A model generated the notes under the pieces. That model searched no databases, was not told the origin of the DNA, and saw only the letters and a list, made by a program, of their open reading frames with translations. Shown here piece after piece: positions 1 to 13,479 of a stretch of 64,000 bases of DNA. The position numbers were made by a program, and so were the translations under genes. Numbering within the stretch: the first letter of the stretch is position 1; every line of letters begins with the position of its first letter. The stretch lies in the NCBI GenBank assembly GCA_951406725.2, contig OX597828.1:30070001-30134000 (forward strand), given 5' to 3'. The DNA comes from Octopus vulgaris (lineage: Eukaryota).

Positions 1-420
1 AATCTCCAGACGAGTTTCTTCCTAGAAGTTGACAAAGTAACTGTAGATATCAAATAGACATTTTCATTGAGGACAAAGATCGAAAACCTCCATTATGTTT
101 GTTTTCGTATTTTAAAAATATTATCTTATAATCTTCTATTGTATTTACACTTAATTTTATATTAGAATTTCATGTATAAGAATTGGTACAGATTATATTT
201 TAAATGGCAAATATTAAATTGTAAGTTTATATATATTCGAATTTTAATTGTTATTAGCACAACTTTGCCAAAGCTTATAAATCTTTATACAAACACCGAC
301 AATTTCGTGGTGGCATAAAAGTATAAAGTGAACCTTAGTGTAGTGATTATAAAATTTCGCTTTGTAATATTCATGACATTCATGCCAGCATAAAAGCAAA
401 TCTTTTTCTGCCGCCTCTTT

Positions 421-441
421 CTTTCTCTCTCTGTCTCTGTC

Positions 442-516
<75 letters not shown>

Positions 517-520
517 GTCT
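421..520. repeat. (CT)n/(ATCT)n compound microsatellite
   Basis: Direct reading: CT-rich run followed by a long ATCT array. Confidence 0.95.
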
Positions 521-697
521 ATATTGATTTCAGCAATATAACTACACGTGGTTCGTTGGCAGTTTCTTTTCCTTTGTTTAACTCCCTCTTTTCACCGACC
601 GTCAAGCGTATATACTTTCTGTGCACGTCCTCACGCCCGTATTGTTTTCTTGTTTTTTAATTGCTTCAGGTTATTTCAATTGTTTGTTTATTTGAAT

Positions 698-701
<4 letters not shown>

Positions 702-755
<54 letters not shown>
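702..755. repeat. (TA)n microsatellite
   Basis: Direct reading. Confidence 0.95.
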
Positions 756-757
<2 letters not shown>

Positions 758-2007
758 CAAAGAAGGTAATTAACTCTAGGCAGATAACTATAAAGAACCT
801 ACTAAGGCTTTAATTTTCGCGATGAGGAGAGCAAATTTATCTAAACGTGAAGGTGATATAAGACTAACATCTGGGAAAGCCATAATAGAATTCGACTGGG
901 CATACTACTGGACAGGGACAGAACAACCTGCTAATTTCTTGATAACTATGGATTTTAGCGACTCTGTACAAATAACTTCTGTATGGCGGTCGCAAGGAAT
1001 CGTAGGCAACAATTTGGAAGTCTAGATTGCATAACCATTCTTCGATTTAGTTTGGGAGAAAACAAAATTTTACGAATCTTTGTAAATGCATTTGGGATTT
1101 GAAAAACAGTTACAGTATACATAAAGTGTCCCATTATTAGTTGCGCTCCATCGTAAAATACTGGTAATTTTATAAGTGATCTTTTTCTAGAGGAAATATA
1201 TTGTAGGAGAGTCTTATGTTGAAAGGTTCCCATAAGTATAGAAAAACATTTAAATAATTCAATAATAAATCACACCTTCATTACAATTGTTTTTTTTTTA
1301 ATATCGAATGAGCATAATTGTTCTAACTATTTTAGCATACCGAAACAACTAGACAATTAAACGACGTGACGTAGAATGTGGCTTTTCAAGGAGATACATT
1401 TCTTAACTTTCATTTCGTATATGTTCTTGAATTATAGATATTATTTCAGTTCGCTTTGAAATGAACTACTTTTGGGTAGTCTTTATAACAAAGTGTTAGC
1501 ATAAGGTCCTGGATATTTACACAGAGATACGGTCGCAATTACACAGAAGCCTGTATTACAAGCTGGGTAGGGACATTTTTTATTGTATTTTTACTACACT
1601 ACCTGAAGTTACGTCATTTCGTCTCATCAGAATAAAGTTAATAATATTTGATAGTGAGATGTGTATGTTTAAAATCAAATTAGTCTAGGGAAATAATATT
1701 GGGGTTAGACTAAAAATGGAGAGGTTAAGACAAAGACAAATAGGGCAATGGCAACAAAGAGAGAGGGAGAGAGAGCGAGAGAGAAACGTGTAGAAGGAAA
1801 ATTATGAGCTGAAGGGTGACTAGACGTAAGAAATAAATAGAATGAGTTTAGATGAGGGCAATAAAGTTAATCCTGAAAAGAAATACTACTATTCGCAGCA
1901 GCAAATAGCATATGTTCGGGGTAAATACATTGCACCGTGTTAAAAAAAGTTAATAAATAAAGTTAGTATTAATGGTACTACAAGTGAATAATGGGAACGC
2001 GATGGTA

Positions 2008-3215
2008 ATTGTGGCCTTACATGAGGGCATTGAGACCCAATGGCTGGTATTGCATGAGGTCCTTCAGAGCCACTGCCTGCATCATGGCATTGACATACAT
2101 TGCTTGGTAATGCATCAGGGCATTGGGAGACATGGCCTAGTACTGCAACAGGGCTTTGAGAGACATAACCTGGTATTGCATCAGGACATTAAGAGCCACT
2201 GCCTGGTATTGAATCATTGCATTGAGAGCCGTTGCCTGTTACTACATTAGAACATTGAGAGACCCTGCCTGTTATTGAATCAGGGCATTGAGAGCACCTG
2301 CTTGGAACTCAATTAGGGCATTGAGAACCACTGTCTTGTATTGCATCAGGGCTTTGAGAGCCAGTGGCTGGTACTGAATCAGGGTACAGAGTGCCACTCT
2401 CTGGATTTGCATCATGTTATTGAGAGCCACAGCCTGGTATTGCATAAAGGCTTTGAGTGCCACCGCCTGTTATTAGATCAGAGCAACGAGAGACGCTGCC
2501 TGGTACTGCATGACGGCATTGAGAGCTTTGCTATGTAGTGCATGAGGGCATTGAGAGCTTCTGCCTTGCAGTGAGTAAGATTATTGAATGCCACCGCCTG
2601 GTATTGCATCAGGGCATTGTGAAACATTGCCTGGCACTGCATAGAGCATTGAAAGCTACTACGTAAGATTGTAGCTGGGCATTGAGAACCACTACCTGGT
2701 TCCGCATCAGGGTATCGAGAGCTAATGCCTGGTATTGTGCTCGGGCATTGAGAGACCATGCTTGGTGTTGCATTAGGCCACTAAGAGTCAATACCTGGTA
2801 ATGCATCAGGTCTTTTAGAACCATTGTCAAGTTCCATCAGAGCATTGGTAACCCTGCCTGGTATTCTATCAGGACATTAAGAGCCAATTACTGGTATTGC
2901 ATCAGTGCATTGAGATCCACAGCCTGGTATTTGCATTAGGACATTAAGATACCCTGCCTGGTATAGCATCAGATCACTCAGAGCCACTGCCTGGTACTGA
3001 ATCTAGTCGTTTAGAATCACTGCCTATTAGTGCATGAGGGCATTGGAGCCGGTGCCTTGTAATGTTTGACGGCATTGAGTGCCACTTCCTTGTACTGCAT
3101 CATGGTATTTTGAGCCGCTGCCTGGTACTGCATCAGTGCATTGAGAACCACTGCCTGCTGTCGCATGTGAACAACGAGATCTACTGCCTGGTATTGCATG
3201 GGGGCATTGAAGACA
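2008..3215. repeat. Degenerate 33-bp minisatellite, about 36 units, consensus TGCCTGGTATTGCATCAGGGCATTGAGAGCCAC
   Basis: Units aligned by eye. The period is 33 bp with a few small indels. It explains the ORFs at 1972-3199 (LVLHQGIESHC and MQYQAVALNAL repeats). Confidence 0.92.
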
Positions 3216-5685
3216 ACGTTGTGTAAGTTTTAAAAGACTTTGCTACTATTTCAAGCACACGGGAGACCATATTGAGATTCACTAGTTGCATCAATTAAAT
3301 ATAGGCAATCTATTGTGTAATTGGTAATGCAGTCACCCTGCAAACGATAGAGTAATTCTTTTATATTTCTATACGCTTCGAAGATTGTTTCTCATTTAAA
3401 TAATGAGTTTGTGTTCAATTATGACATACTCAATCATGCAAGCATTAATATCGCTGTGCATACATATTTCTACTGTACAATAACAATATTTGTCATAGAA
3501 ATATAACTATTCATTATATATTTCGAAAGTCTGTCATTCTTAGAAACGGCGCATATTGTAATTAATATTTTCCACTGTGAATCACGTATGTAATATTAAC
3601 GTGACTGCTACATATTAGAAACTCAGAAGACCTTACTGGCAAGAATAATATGTAATTACATAACATCAACTTGCAAAAGGTCAGTAATAAAGAAACGTTT
3701 TATACACGAGACGGAAGCGGAATCATAACGTGGTCGATAGACTTCATAAAAACATGAGCCAATTTCCCTCTAAAACAACTCATTGCCATATTTGAAATAA
3801 AACATTTTGAAAAGTGTAACCATTCGTGCCTTTTATTTGAAAGTAAGGTGCATTGCTTTTAGAAGGACTTCATGGTTATGTGTCTAAAAATAGAAGGCAA
3901 AACATTTATTTTTCTTACAAGAGCATAGGATCCTAATTCTTCCTTCTCTGAAGATAGAAAAAAATTGCTTCTCCCATTTCTTAGGGCGTTCATTACAGCA
4001 GATATGAAGGTATTCAAACTGCAAATTATTACCGAAACAAGTAAATTCATCGAAATTTACGAACACACACATTTCAACAGATTACAGCATTAAAGAAAGT
4101 AAATAATAGTTATTTTCCTTGACAGCAAATTATACGTTTCTTATTCTAAAAGTGAACCTGTTATTAAAGTAATCTCTGTATATTATTGCCGTTATATATT
4201 TTATAGTTCGCCAGTAGCAAGATTAACAAATTATCTTTAACTTAGATTTGGAATGCAAAACTATGACTCACAAAGCTATCATGGAATGCTCTTCATCGCA
4301 TCCCCCGCAAAGCCATTACTTCACCTCCACCCCCTTCACATGGCAGCAACATTAACATTTTATGGACTTTATATAGAGTAAAATATATAGTTTTCAACCG
4401 GCAGTAGCCTAGTTACATTTCAGATTTAATTCAACTGTCAGGGTAGCGCCTAATATATACATAGTCATGAGAAAATATGCTACAAGTTGGCGGCCTTCTT
4501 TGCTTTGATTACTACACTGTGTGATTTTATCTTATTTAAAAAGAAGACACAAAATAGTCTGATTTTACCTATAAGATTATCGTAGTAAAAAAGGACTGGA
4601 GTATAATATATATGGTATATTACTAGTGAATTTCACTTATGTTTGTGCAGGTTTATCGAAAAGCTTGTGCGTATAAAATATTACTTCAGACATTGCAAAT
4701 TTTAACGCTGGCGACTGGATACAATGAAGGCATACCGAACGGCGGTCGGTCTGTCATTGTAATACATAGTGAAACATCTACAAGGCAGGAGCCAAATCTG
4801 ACTGAAATGTAATGTTAGAACTGCCTCACATCTGTAATTCTTTGGATCATAAATCTAGTCGATCAGGGCTGAATCCTCACCGCCACCACAACGACAACCC
4901 AAGGTAATTATTTATTTGAGGTACACGAAACAGCAGTGGTTGAAATCTAGATATGTACAAGTATATTTAAAACGTTCATGTATATTCGAACGGATAAATA
5001 ACATTGCTGCCGAAACTGCCTCGACAGAAAAATTTCCCTTATAGACAACATGCATGAGAAACACATTATTGCGCAATGAATCAACGCATCAGACCACCGG
5101 ACACGTTGGTGCGTTGGTACACTTTCTCAGCTCAGGATACCGTATCTATTGATCAGAGACCATTAAGTCCTACCGTTCTTATATTTAAACTACAAAAATT
5201 ACATTTGCTGTTGAGGACAAAACTTTGTCAAACTACGGAAATAGAATTTCGTCGCTAATGAAGCGTAACAATGAAGAAACATACATCCTACCGTCCAATC
5301 ACGTCATTATATATTAAATATAACTGTACACAAATTTATTTCAATCAACGCAGTTTAGTACACTTCTAGATATTAAACTCCATTTTGATAAAGCCTCGTG
5401 TACATCGGCAAATTAGGTATTTGTTGTTTAAATATAAGGAAGGCATTTCTAAGTCGATTTTGGTTCTGATCCGAACGTTAACGATCGGATTTTTGCCAAT
5501 GACTTCAAGAGTGTCTCAGTTATCTGGCGTAAGACATAATAATATACGAAGATATATTTTTAATACCTATAAAACCTGTTTAAGCCTCATTGAACCGTAA
5601 TGAATATATATATCACATGATAGTTCTTGTGTGTTACTTCCTTGTATTAAATTATATTAATTCATGGCTATTACTATTGTATATC

Positions 5686-5895
5686 CTATGGCAGTGAATT
5701 TTTAGAGTCTGTAGAACTTCGAAAATGACTTTCGGTGTGCGGCAAGGGTTCTTTATGATCAGAGTTTAAACTCCGCAGAAATAAACTTTGAATTTCATAC
5801 GTTTGTGGACAATAAAGTAATGTAGCAGGCAAATACAGGGTTTGGTGGAATCGACTAATCCCCTTCAATTCTGGTCTGGTAGTGAAATTAGAAAT
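5686..5895 (+). mobile_element. SINE family A, highly decayed copy
   Basis: Colinear similarity to the clearer copy at 32738-32940 (GGCAG...GAGTTTAAACTCCGC...ACTTTG...TTTCAT...AATCGACT). Confidence 0.5.
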
Positions 5896-6084
5896 GGATA
5901 AAATTATAAACTCTCTACAATGCAGCGAAAGTGAAAGAGTGAAACGCTAATTTTGACAGAAAAAAGAACACATTAGTTAACAGTGTACAAAATTAGTTTA
6001 CATTTCTGCAATATAATAATCATAGTAGTAATGATGGATAATATAATAATAACACGAGTAATGATTACCAATACACTACTTTAA

Positions 6085-6225
6085 CACGTGACCAAAATAT
6101 GTATGAAAGGATTGTGAATTTAATCAATCAGAGAACGTGATTAGCACTTATTTTATCGGCCCAGCAGTGATTAAAAGCAAATATCCCAATAGATTTGAAC
6201 AAAGAATATAGAAAGATGAAATTAA
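6085..6225 (-). mobile_element. SINE family A, highly decayed copy
   Basis: GCACTTATTTTATCGGCCC...AAAAGCAAA...ATTTGAAC resembles the minus copy at 62308-62471. Confidence 0.4.
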
Positions 6226-7245
6226 TATCATTTCAGTCACTCACCTGATTGCACAAACTATAAATAATAACCTCTTGGATAATTAAATATGTCGTATCTT
6301 TATACGTTTCTTCCATCAAAACAAAGAGCATAGAAAAAACAACATAAAAACAAATACATAAAAAGTCTCCCCCCCCCAAAAAAAAAAATTTAATAAACAC
6401 GAATCAAGTTGGTTTATACACTCGGCTATGCAGGATCCTAATTCTTTTAATTCTTATTCTTGGTTCGTTATTTTCGTTGGCTAAAACACAATGTTGAAAT
6501 TATTTGCAATAAATTCTGCAATTCTGTCTAACCGATTACACAAACGGCCGGGAATTTAATTTGCGAAGCATTTCGATGTTAATTTATATTCATTAAGATT
6601 AATGATTTAAATTTCGTAACAAAAAAGAAGCCTTAAATGTTAACTAAACAAAAAACAAATGATATGATGTTCATATAATATCTGGGTAGAATTAGCAGTA
6701 TCATTGATAAATGAAGACGTGCGCTACATAAAACATCTTCCTAAGTAGACTTATCATTTATAGAACGGGTTCAGCGTTTGGGGGTTTTTTCATTCGATGT
6801 ATTCATGAAAACCAAGAAATTCAACGTGTCAAGAATTATTTAAAAGATGATTAATCTTCGGAAAATTATACGGAATTGGGAATTAAATAGTTTCAAGAAT
6901 TCAGTAAGGAGATGTGCCTTATATATATTTTTGTCTGTTTTTATGAAACTGATGTTATTGAAAGTACATTTTGGCAACTGTTATGCTAATTCTAACTGGT
7001 AAGCTGATAAAATAATTATGTACATACAAAACGATCAGCTACACTCGACAAGCGACTTCAAAAACCCATGAGTAATAATATATACATCAATCGATAAATG
7101 CCTCTTACATACATTTATACACAAACGCAGACCCATATGTGTGTACGTGTGCACGTGTGTGCACATATTCATACATGTGTGCGTGCATGTTTATATGTAT
7201 ATATGTGTGTGTATATATCTATATCGATATGTATGTGTGTACTTA

Positions 7246-7350
7246 ACCTACCTACCTACCTACCTACCTACCTACCTACCTACCTACCTACATATCTATC
7301 TATCTATCTGTCTATCTATGTACCCATCTATCAATCTTTCTATCTATCTA
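7246..7350. repeat. (ACCT)n/(ATCT)n microsatellite
   Basis: Direct reading. Confidence 0.9.
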
Positions 7351-8129
7351 TACTGATGTCAGTGACGATGGTGACGATTTTGGTTGTGGTGGCACTTAGT
7401 TTTCTGATAGCTGTTGCTATCTGTCGGTCGCAATTCCTGGAATAAGTGTCTATTCTTTTGGTGATAAGAAGCTATTTCAAATTCGGAACAATCAAGTCGT
7501 CGCATTCTATCTAACACTGCAACGACTCTTTCTATACAGTTGTTATCTACCTGTAGTACTATTACAGCTGCGATAATCAAGCTTTTCTAAGCAATCAGCT
7601 TCCTCAATTATCTACGAGCCATGATCTCATTTGTCTCACCATTAACCCTTAAGAGTTCAGCGAAATATAGCTGGAGATCCCCACAAAACTCGTAGAAATG
7701 GAATAGCATGTGCCCATCCAGAGTTTTGAAAGTACAAATTATGTATTTGTTTCCACAGATTTTGTTTTACTACCGTGCTGGTCGATAAGATTTCGTCCTT
7801 TCATGTCATGCTTTACGTGTTATAACGCATCTCTTGTGTTTCCCGTTGAAACAAGAGCTAGCATCTTGGTCGCGATCGTTGTGTTAATTACCTCTTTTAT
7901 TTCACTCACTAACTCAAACTCTACTCTGTATTTTATACGTTGTTTCTTTGCTAACATTTAATAAGTGTATTGTAAATGCGCCCTTCAGAGCTCGTTTCCC
8001 TGTTGTCACAGAGAAATGACGCTAAACTAACACTCTAACCCAACCTATTTAGGTGTCTCGCATCGGGAACCATGCATTCAGCTTCTAGTAGTCGCAGACT
8101 CATCAATGGACTTTATCTAGGTTGATAGA

Positions 8130-8640
8130 TCTCTTCACAAACTTATGGTTTGTGTATGCGAACTGTTGAAATTGCATGCCCAACTATATTAGTGTACAGC
8201 CTAAATATATTCTTATCCATGTAATCTCTGAATAAACTATGTGGTTGGTCTATGACCGTACAAGCATTCGGGGAATTTTGGCGTTGTGCTTCAGGGATGG
8301 AAACAAATTTCAGTAGATTTACGAAGTGTTCACCCCGTCAATTGTTTGTTAACATGACACCATCCAACATTGTGTTCAATATTCCTTCTGGACTCACACA
8401 AAAACCAAAAGTATAACATCCACAAAGGCATTTCCTTGATCAGACTAAGACAATGCTTTACTGCCGTTCCCGTACAGCACTACAATCTTACAATCCTGGT
8501 CCAAAAATGTTATCTTTACCGTGACGTCCACATTCTTTTGAAATGATACAAGGACGATGCTTCTCAAACTGGGGAGATTAAGATGTGGGCAACTGTGATG
8601 ACTTCGGAGATCTTCATCGTAGACGGACAAATGTGGTTCT
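8130..8640 (-). mobile_element. Decayed Tx1/L1-clade LINE, APE endonuclease fragment
   Basis: Minus-strand pieces ITFLDQDCKIVVL, RDYMDK (compare RSYLDR) and FAYTNHKFV (compare YTDHK) occur in the order expected for an L1/Tx1 endonuclease, with frameshifts. Confidence 0.45.
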
Positions 8641-8739
8641 ACAAGAAGCTTAAGTTAACCTATCACAGCACCGATTCCTTGAAACAAGAGAACTAAGAGA
8701 TAACATATGATAGATTACTAATAATGCTTTCAGATTTTG

Positions 8740-8925
8740 TAATAGGGCCAGCAGTTTTTGATTTTAACGGGCCGTTGATTATATAGACTTCAATTCTCAA
8801 TCGGTATTTAATTTATCGACCCCGAAATGATGAAAGGCAAAGTCAATCTCTTCGGAATTTGAACTCAGAACCTAAAGATGAACGAAATATTGATAAACAT
8901 TTTCTCCGGCGTAACCAAGCGTAAC
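8740..8925 (-). mobile_element. SINE family A copy
   Basis: TTTATCGACCCCGAAATGATGAAAGGCAAAGTC...CGGAATTTGAACTCAGAAC matches 62410-62471. Confidence 0.8.
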
Positions 8926-8998
8926 TAGTAAACAAGTATCAACTTTGGACAGCTGACACTTTCCATCATACCCAGCCAAATAAGCTGTGAATTTTCAT

Positions 8999-9265
<267 letters not shown>

Positions 9266-9905
9266 CAGAGGCAAATTATTCAGCACTGCAAACACTGCAC
9301 TCGACATAGCCACATAAATCAGAGAATTAGACCACAACTGTCCATACAAATATCTAGGAATAGAAAAAACCCCAGCTAAAATACAGCTCACAAATGAAAG
9401 AGAAGATTAGGAGAGAGAATTACAGGAGAATTAAAGCTAAAAATAAGATAATCGGGATAAACAGGCTAAACATACAAGTAATAAATGACAGCTTTAACAT
9501 AATAAACTGGAAGATCAGTGAATTGAGGAACCTAGAAAGAAAAACCAGAAAACCACAAACGGCCTACCGAAGTCACCACCCCAAAGCAGACGCAGACAGA
9601 ATATCCTGTACTCCGCTCAGAATGAGACCATCGCCTGATATCGAGAGCAAACTTCTATAAAACAACATTTGAACTAGAAAAATACTTAGAAACAAAGAGG
9701 GAAGACTGCTGCATGTAGTAAAGCAACATGAGAAAAAGAAAATGCTTTTCTCTATAGACAAGGAGGCGACAAAATACAAAACAGAAGCAAACTACACTGA
9801 CATACTTACCTCAGATGACAACATAGCAGAAATGGTCAGAGAGACAAAGAACAACACGAAATCTGAATTACAAAAGATACTGATGAAGAAATGCAGAGAA
9901 CGTGA
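9266..9905 (+). mobile_element. R4/Dong-like non-LTR retrotransposon fragment (RT thumb region), dead
   Basis: Translates to RGKL...PYKYLGIE...MKEKIRRENYRR...KNKIIGIN...IINWKISELRNLERKTRK...HHPKADADR. Homologous to 18100-18400. Stops and frameshifts present. Confidence 0.8.
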
Positions 9906-10729
9906 GGATCAACGAATAATAATGATAATATTAATGGAGATGTTGATGATATTGTTGAATATTTAGCTGTAAACAAAAAAAATGGTAGGGAAAGAGAAAC
10001 GAGACAAATGCAGAGACCTGTAATTCATTAATGTTGAGATAGCCAAGTAATAGATTTTTCACCATGAGACAAACCATTTCACACATTATATATAGCGTTT
10101 AGAACGAAACGAATAGCTTGCGCGTGGATAAACCCGAGGAGGGAATGAGGGAGACAAAGGAAATGAAAAATTATGAAATGCATATTCAGTATTAAGTGGG
10201 TATCGTATGGTATATAGCAAGTCAGCAGTTCAAGCTACTTGACATGTCTTCTCTCTTTCACTGACTGCTTATACCTTTTTAGTTATGAATAAAAGTCTTC
10301 CAAATCCCATTAGTAACATCGATTGTTTAGACATTTATTTATGAAGCATTTGCTATCGAATTGCTTTTTAGTTTTCTAAGACCGCATTAGTATTTGTAAT
10401 AATTCAATTTTTGGAATTCAAATCTACTAGCGACAAAGGCTTATCTCCGACATAAATAATGCTATGCTGTAGTTTTATATTATTCCTTTTACCGAATAAC
10501 TAATAAAATGTAACTATTAAATAAAATGTGACTTGTACAATAGGTGGTTGTCGACAAATGCAATACAATCATATTCATTTTCATCGTATATTTTCATATT
10601 TTTGTTATAGATTTTGGTATAATTCAGTTAATAAAGTAATGTCCACTGATACTTATATTCTTATTGACGTCGATTGAATCTTTGTAACGGGTCAATAATA
10701 GCTGTTGAGGGACATAAAATTTAAACTCT

Positions 10730-11610
10730 GACCAGATTGAAGTCAAAATATTATCCATCAGGTCAAGCTGAAATGTTTGAAGATTTGCAGCAAAGATGGC
10801 TTCCTATAGATCATAGAAATGTATATCCACTGGGGAAACTTTAAAGATTCACATATTTCTCATTCTGAGACATTATATGACGTTAGTGGTCAAGTGCTAA
10901 AAGCTGCAAATCATATATTAGTTGCCAACACCTTCTGGATATGTAAGTGATGTTTTCAGAGAACTATGGAGTTTATGAGCTGTTATATAGATATTCATGT
11001 ATGTATTAAATTATTTCGACTAGATATAAAACCAAATTTGAATGCAAAAACTTATAGTTTAGTGAGTATAACTACGTTATTGCTGTATATTACTAGATCT
11101 TATCTCACCGATACTAAAATATGCAAAAAGGAAAAAGAAAAGCCTCAGAAGATATCAGCAAAAGTTGAAGATATGATGTTGGCAATCGCAGTCAATAATG
11201 TAATGCTTAGTATTATAATGCCCACAGAAACGTTGCCGATAAACGAAATATTGAACTATCTGTGTACATTCGATCGTTCTGTTTTCCTTGCAAAATATAG
11301 TATTCATGTCCCCAGTAGTTGTCATTTAGTAAATAAAAATATTTGTAACGCATTTAGTTTTAGTTATCTTAGGTTTTCTTTTGCTCTCCACTGGCATTGT
11401 ATATTTCAGTGCAGGTAGAAACGGAAAATTAGGATTTCACAATTTTCATAAGAGAATTATTGACGAAATGGAATGCCCTCAACTGGTATTCAGCGAAAAT
11501 CATAGAATAAATTCTGTTTGGCGAATGTTGATTGATTTTGTAGTGAACGTAAGAACACAATATGTCTATTTTAGGCGGTGTGTATAGCTCATTAAATTGA
11601 GTTCTCGGCG
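10730..11610 (+). mobile_element. Possible very old DNA-transposase relic (hATm-like)
   Basis: Across frameshifts: SGQAEMFEDLQQRWLPID, SDVFREL/MEF, NAKTYSL, RMLIDF. These fall in the same order as recalled hATm motifs (SGP..LF..FQ..W..ID, RDDYRELLEL, MAK.IYSLK, VKL..DF). Similarity is weak. Confidence 0.3.
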
Positions 11611-12023
11611 CCAAAGTAGAAAAGTCGATACGGGTACCGTATAGGGACAAAGGAGTACGACAGAAGAAATGAATGTAAGGTATTTGCTCTGACATACCAT
11701 AATTTCTTTCAGCTCACCAGTATTGAGTAATTTTGTTGCACCATACGTATATAAATATTTCTGTTATTTCATCTGATATTGGTAAGAAAAATGTGTGACA
11801 CAGCTGCAGCGTAGAAATTAATAGTTCTAGGAAAACATTGATAACGATACAACATGCGATTAAATGTCAGTTGTTATGGAAGTAGCTTACTTCTATATTT
11901 GAACACATCTTTTACTGTTGCCTTCAATACTTCAAAGTTCCTATTTAGACATTAAAAACTGCTTCAATACTGGAGTAAACGACAGAGGGTCAAACTAAAT
12001 CAATTGAAATGCTGGATATATAT

Positions 12024-12312
12024 ATCACCGTGATCACCGTGACCGACCAGGCTATAAGATGTTGCTACACATCGCCGGTCACAATGCGCTTCGCATTGTT
12101 TTAGCCTTCAAATGACGCCACCATGCTGCTAAGCGAGCAGGCCAACAGAAGAAAAAGTGAGAGAAAGTTGTGGCGAAAGAGTACTGCAGGTTCGCCACCA
12201 CCCCCAGCCGGAGCCTCGTGGTGTTTTCGCTCAATAAACACTCACAACGCCCGGTCTGGGAATCGAAACCGCGATCCTACGACCGCGAGTCCGCTGCCCT
12301 AACCATTGGGCC
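12024..12312 (-). mobile_element. tRNA-derived SINE family B
   Basis: Near-identical to 37653-37955. The minus strand has a tRNA-like head (GGCCCAATGGTTAGGGCAG...GTTTCGATTCCC) that lacks its first few bases. Flanked by (TA)n. Confidence 0.9.
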
Positions 12313-12341
12313 ATATATATATAGATATGTATATACATATC

Positions 12342-12377
<36 letters not shown>

Positions 12378-12389
12378 TATATATATACG

Positions 12390-12439
<50 letters not shown>

Positions 12440-12479
12440 CATATATATTATATACGTATATATATACATATATATATAT

Positions 12480-12860
12480 TAATAGTAATAGTATGACAAC
12501 AAAAGAATGAATGCGACCTCGATATTATATAAATAGAGGAATTTATCTATAATATAATATGTGACAATCAAATTCCGATTTTAGGATGTCGGGAAGGAAA
12601 CTGCTCCGGCATCTCGTCAGTTATTAAGACAAGCCTTTGCGTAAACCTCCCTTTATTCTTATTCTTAATGGCTTTAAACCAGTCAACGACTTCTACACTA
12701 TTGGACTATTCTACTAACCTAGTATCATATCTGACTTTCGCATTGATTTTTCTTAAAATTTCTTTACTAATAATACCAATTTCTGATTCAACTGGGGCTA
12801 ATAAGCCTACATTTAGGTTTGTCTTAATAACTGGCGAGATGCCGGAGCAGATTTCCGCCT
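12480..12860. mobile_element. Penelope pseudo-LTR-like segment with an internal ~41-bp inverted repeat
   Basis: 12596-12636 is the near-perfect reverse complement of 12815-12856. The arm carries CTGACGA/CTGGCGA followed by GATGCCGG (hammerhead-core-like). Confidence 0.55.
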
Positions 12861-13479
12861 TTGTTAGTCACGTTTATGCCACACAACTTCATTTACAGAT
12901 CTGAAGAGGTCGTCGTTGTATCCAGTCGCCTCTATTGTATAGAGAAGTACGCGAAGTCTCATGTCGGATGTTTACAGCCATCTTGAATATATTATCCTAC
13001 TTTTCAATGCCAGAGAACTGAGTCTGGTAAAATGATTCAATGTTTGATCTTTTCTGCTTTCAGGAAGCAAACATCTTAGAGAATAGTTTAGTGGTTTGAT
13101 TGATATACTGATGTCAAATTGATTAGTTAAACAGAGGTAATAGATAGTGGAAACGATGAAGAGAGCAAAATACGTATGAAAGCAATTGTTTGTTTTTAAA
13201 CATATAAAAGGAGTTAGAAAATAGATGATTACAACGATGCGCATGGGTGGCGTTTGAATGGTATTCAGTAAAACAGATAGTATCGGAGAACACAATGGTG
13301 AGAAGGGGCCTAAAGGCGAAATTTGATAGAAACAAGTATAGAGGTATACACAAAACAGGGATATAGCGATAATGGGGAAATAAAGAATACAACAGCATTT
13401 TGTTAGAGTATTTTTGCATGTATGTGTGTATATAGAATGCGTGTATATGGAGTGTGTTTATATATGGAATGTATATAGA

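Noticed and set aside
760-1233. ORFs 822-1025 and 955-1233 as a tyrosine recombinase or hAT fragment
   Set aside because: Only vague resemblance; no catalytic motif found in any frame.
2008-3215. 33-bp repeat array as a CRISPR array
   Set aside because: Units are contiguous with no unique spacers, there are no cas genes, and the context is eukaryotic.
5469-5490. 22-bp near-palindrome ATCCGAACGTTAACGATCGGAT
   Set aside because: Isolated, has one mismatched pair, and has no supporting context; may be chance.
7400-7960. Possible Tx1-like ORF1 relic on the minus strand
   Set aside because: No diagnostic motif, and it lies downstream rather than upstream of the adjacent endonuclease fragment.
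11410-11548. GRNGKLGFHNF as a calpain/EF-hand exon
   Set aside because: Similarity is limited to about 8 residues, the acidic EF-hand ligands are missing, and no partner exons were found.
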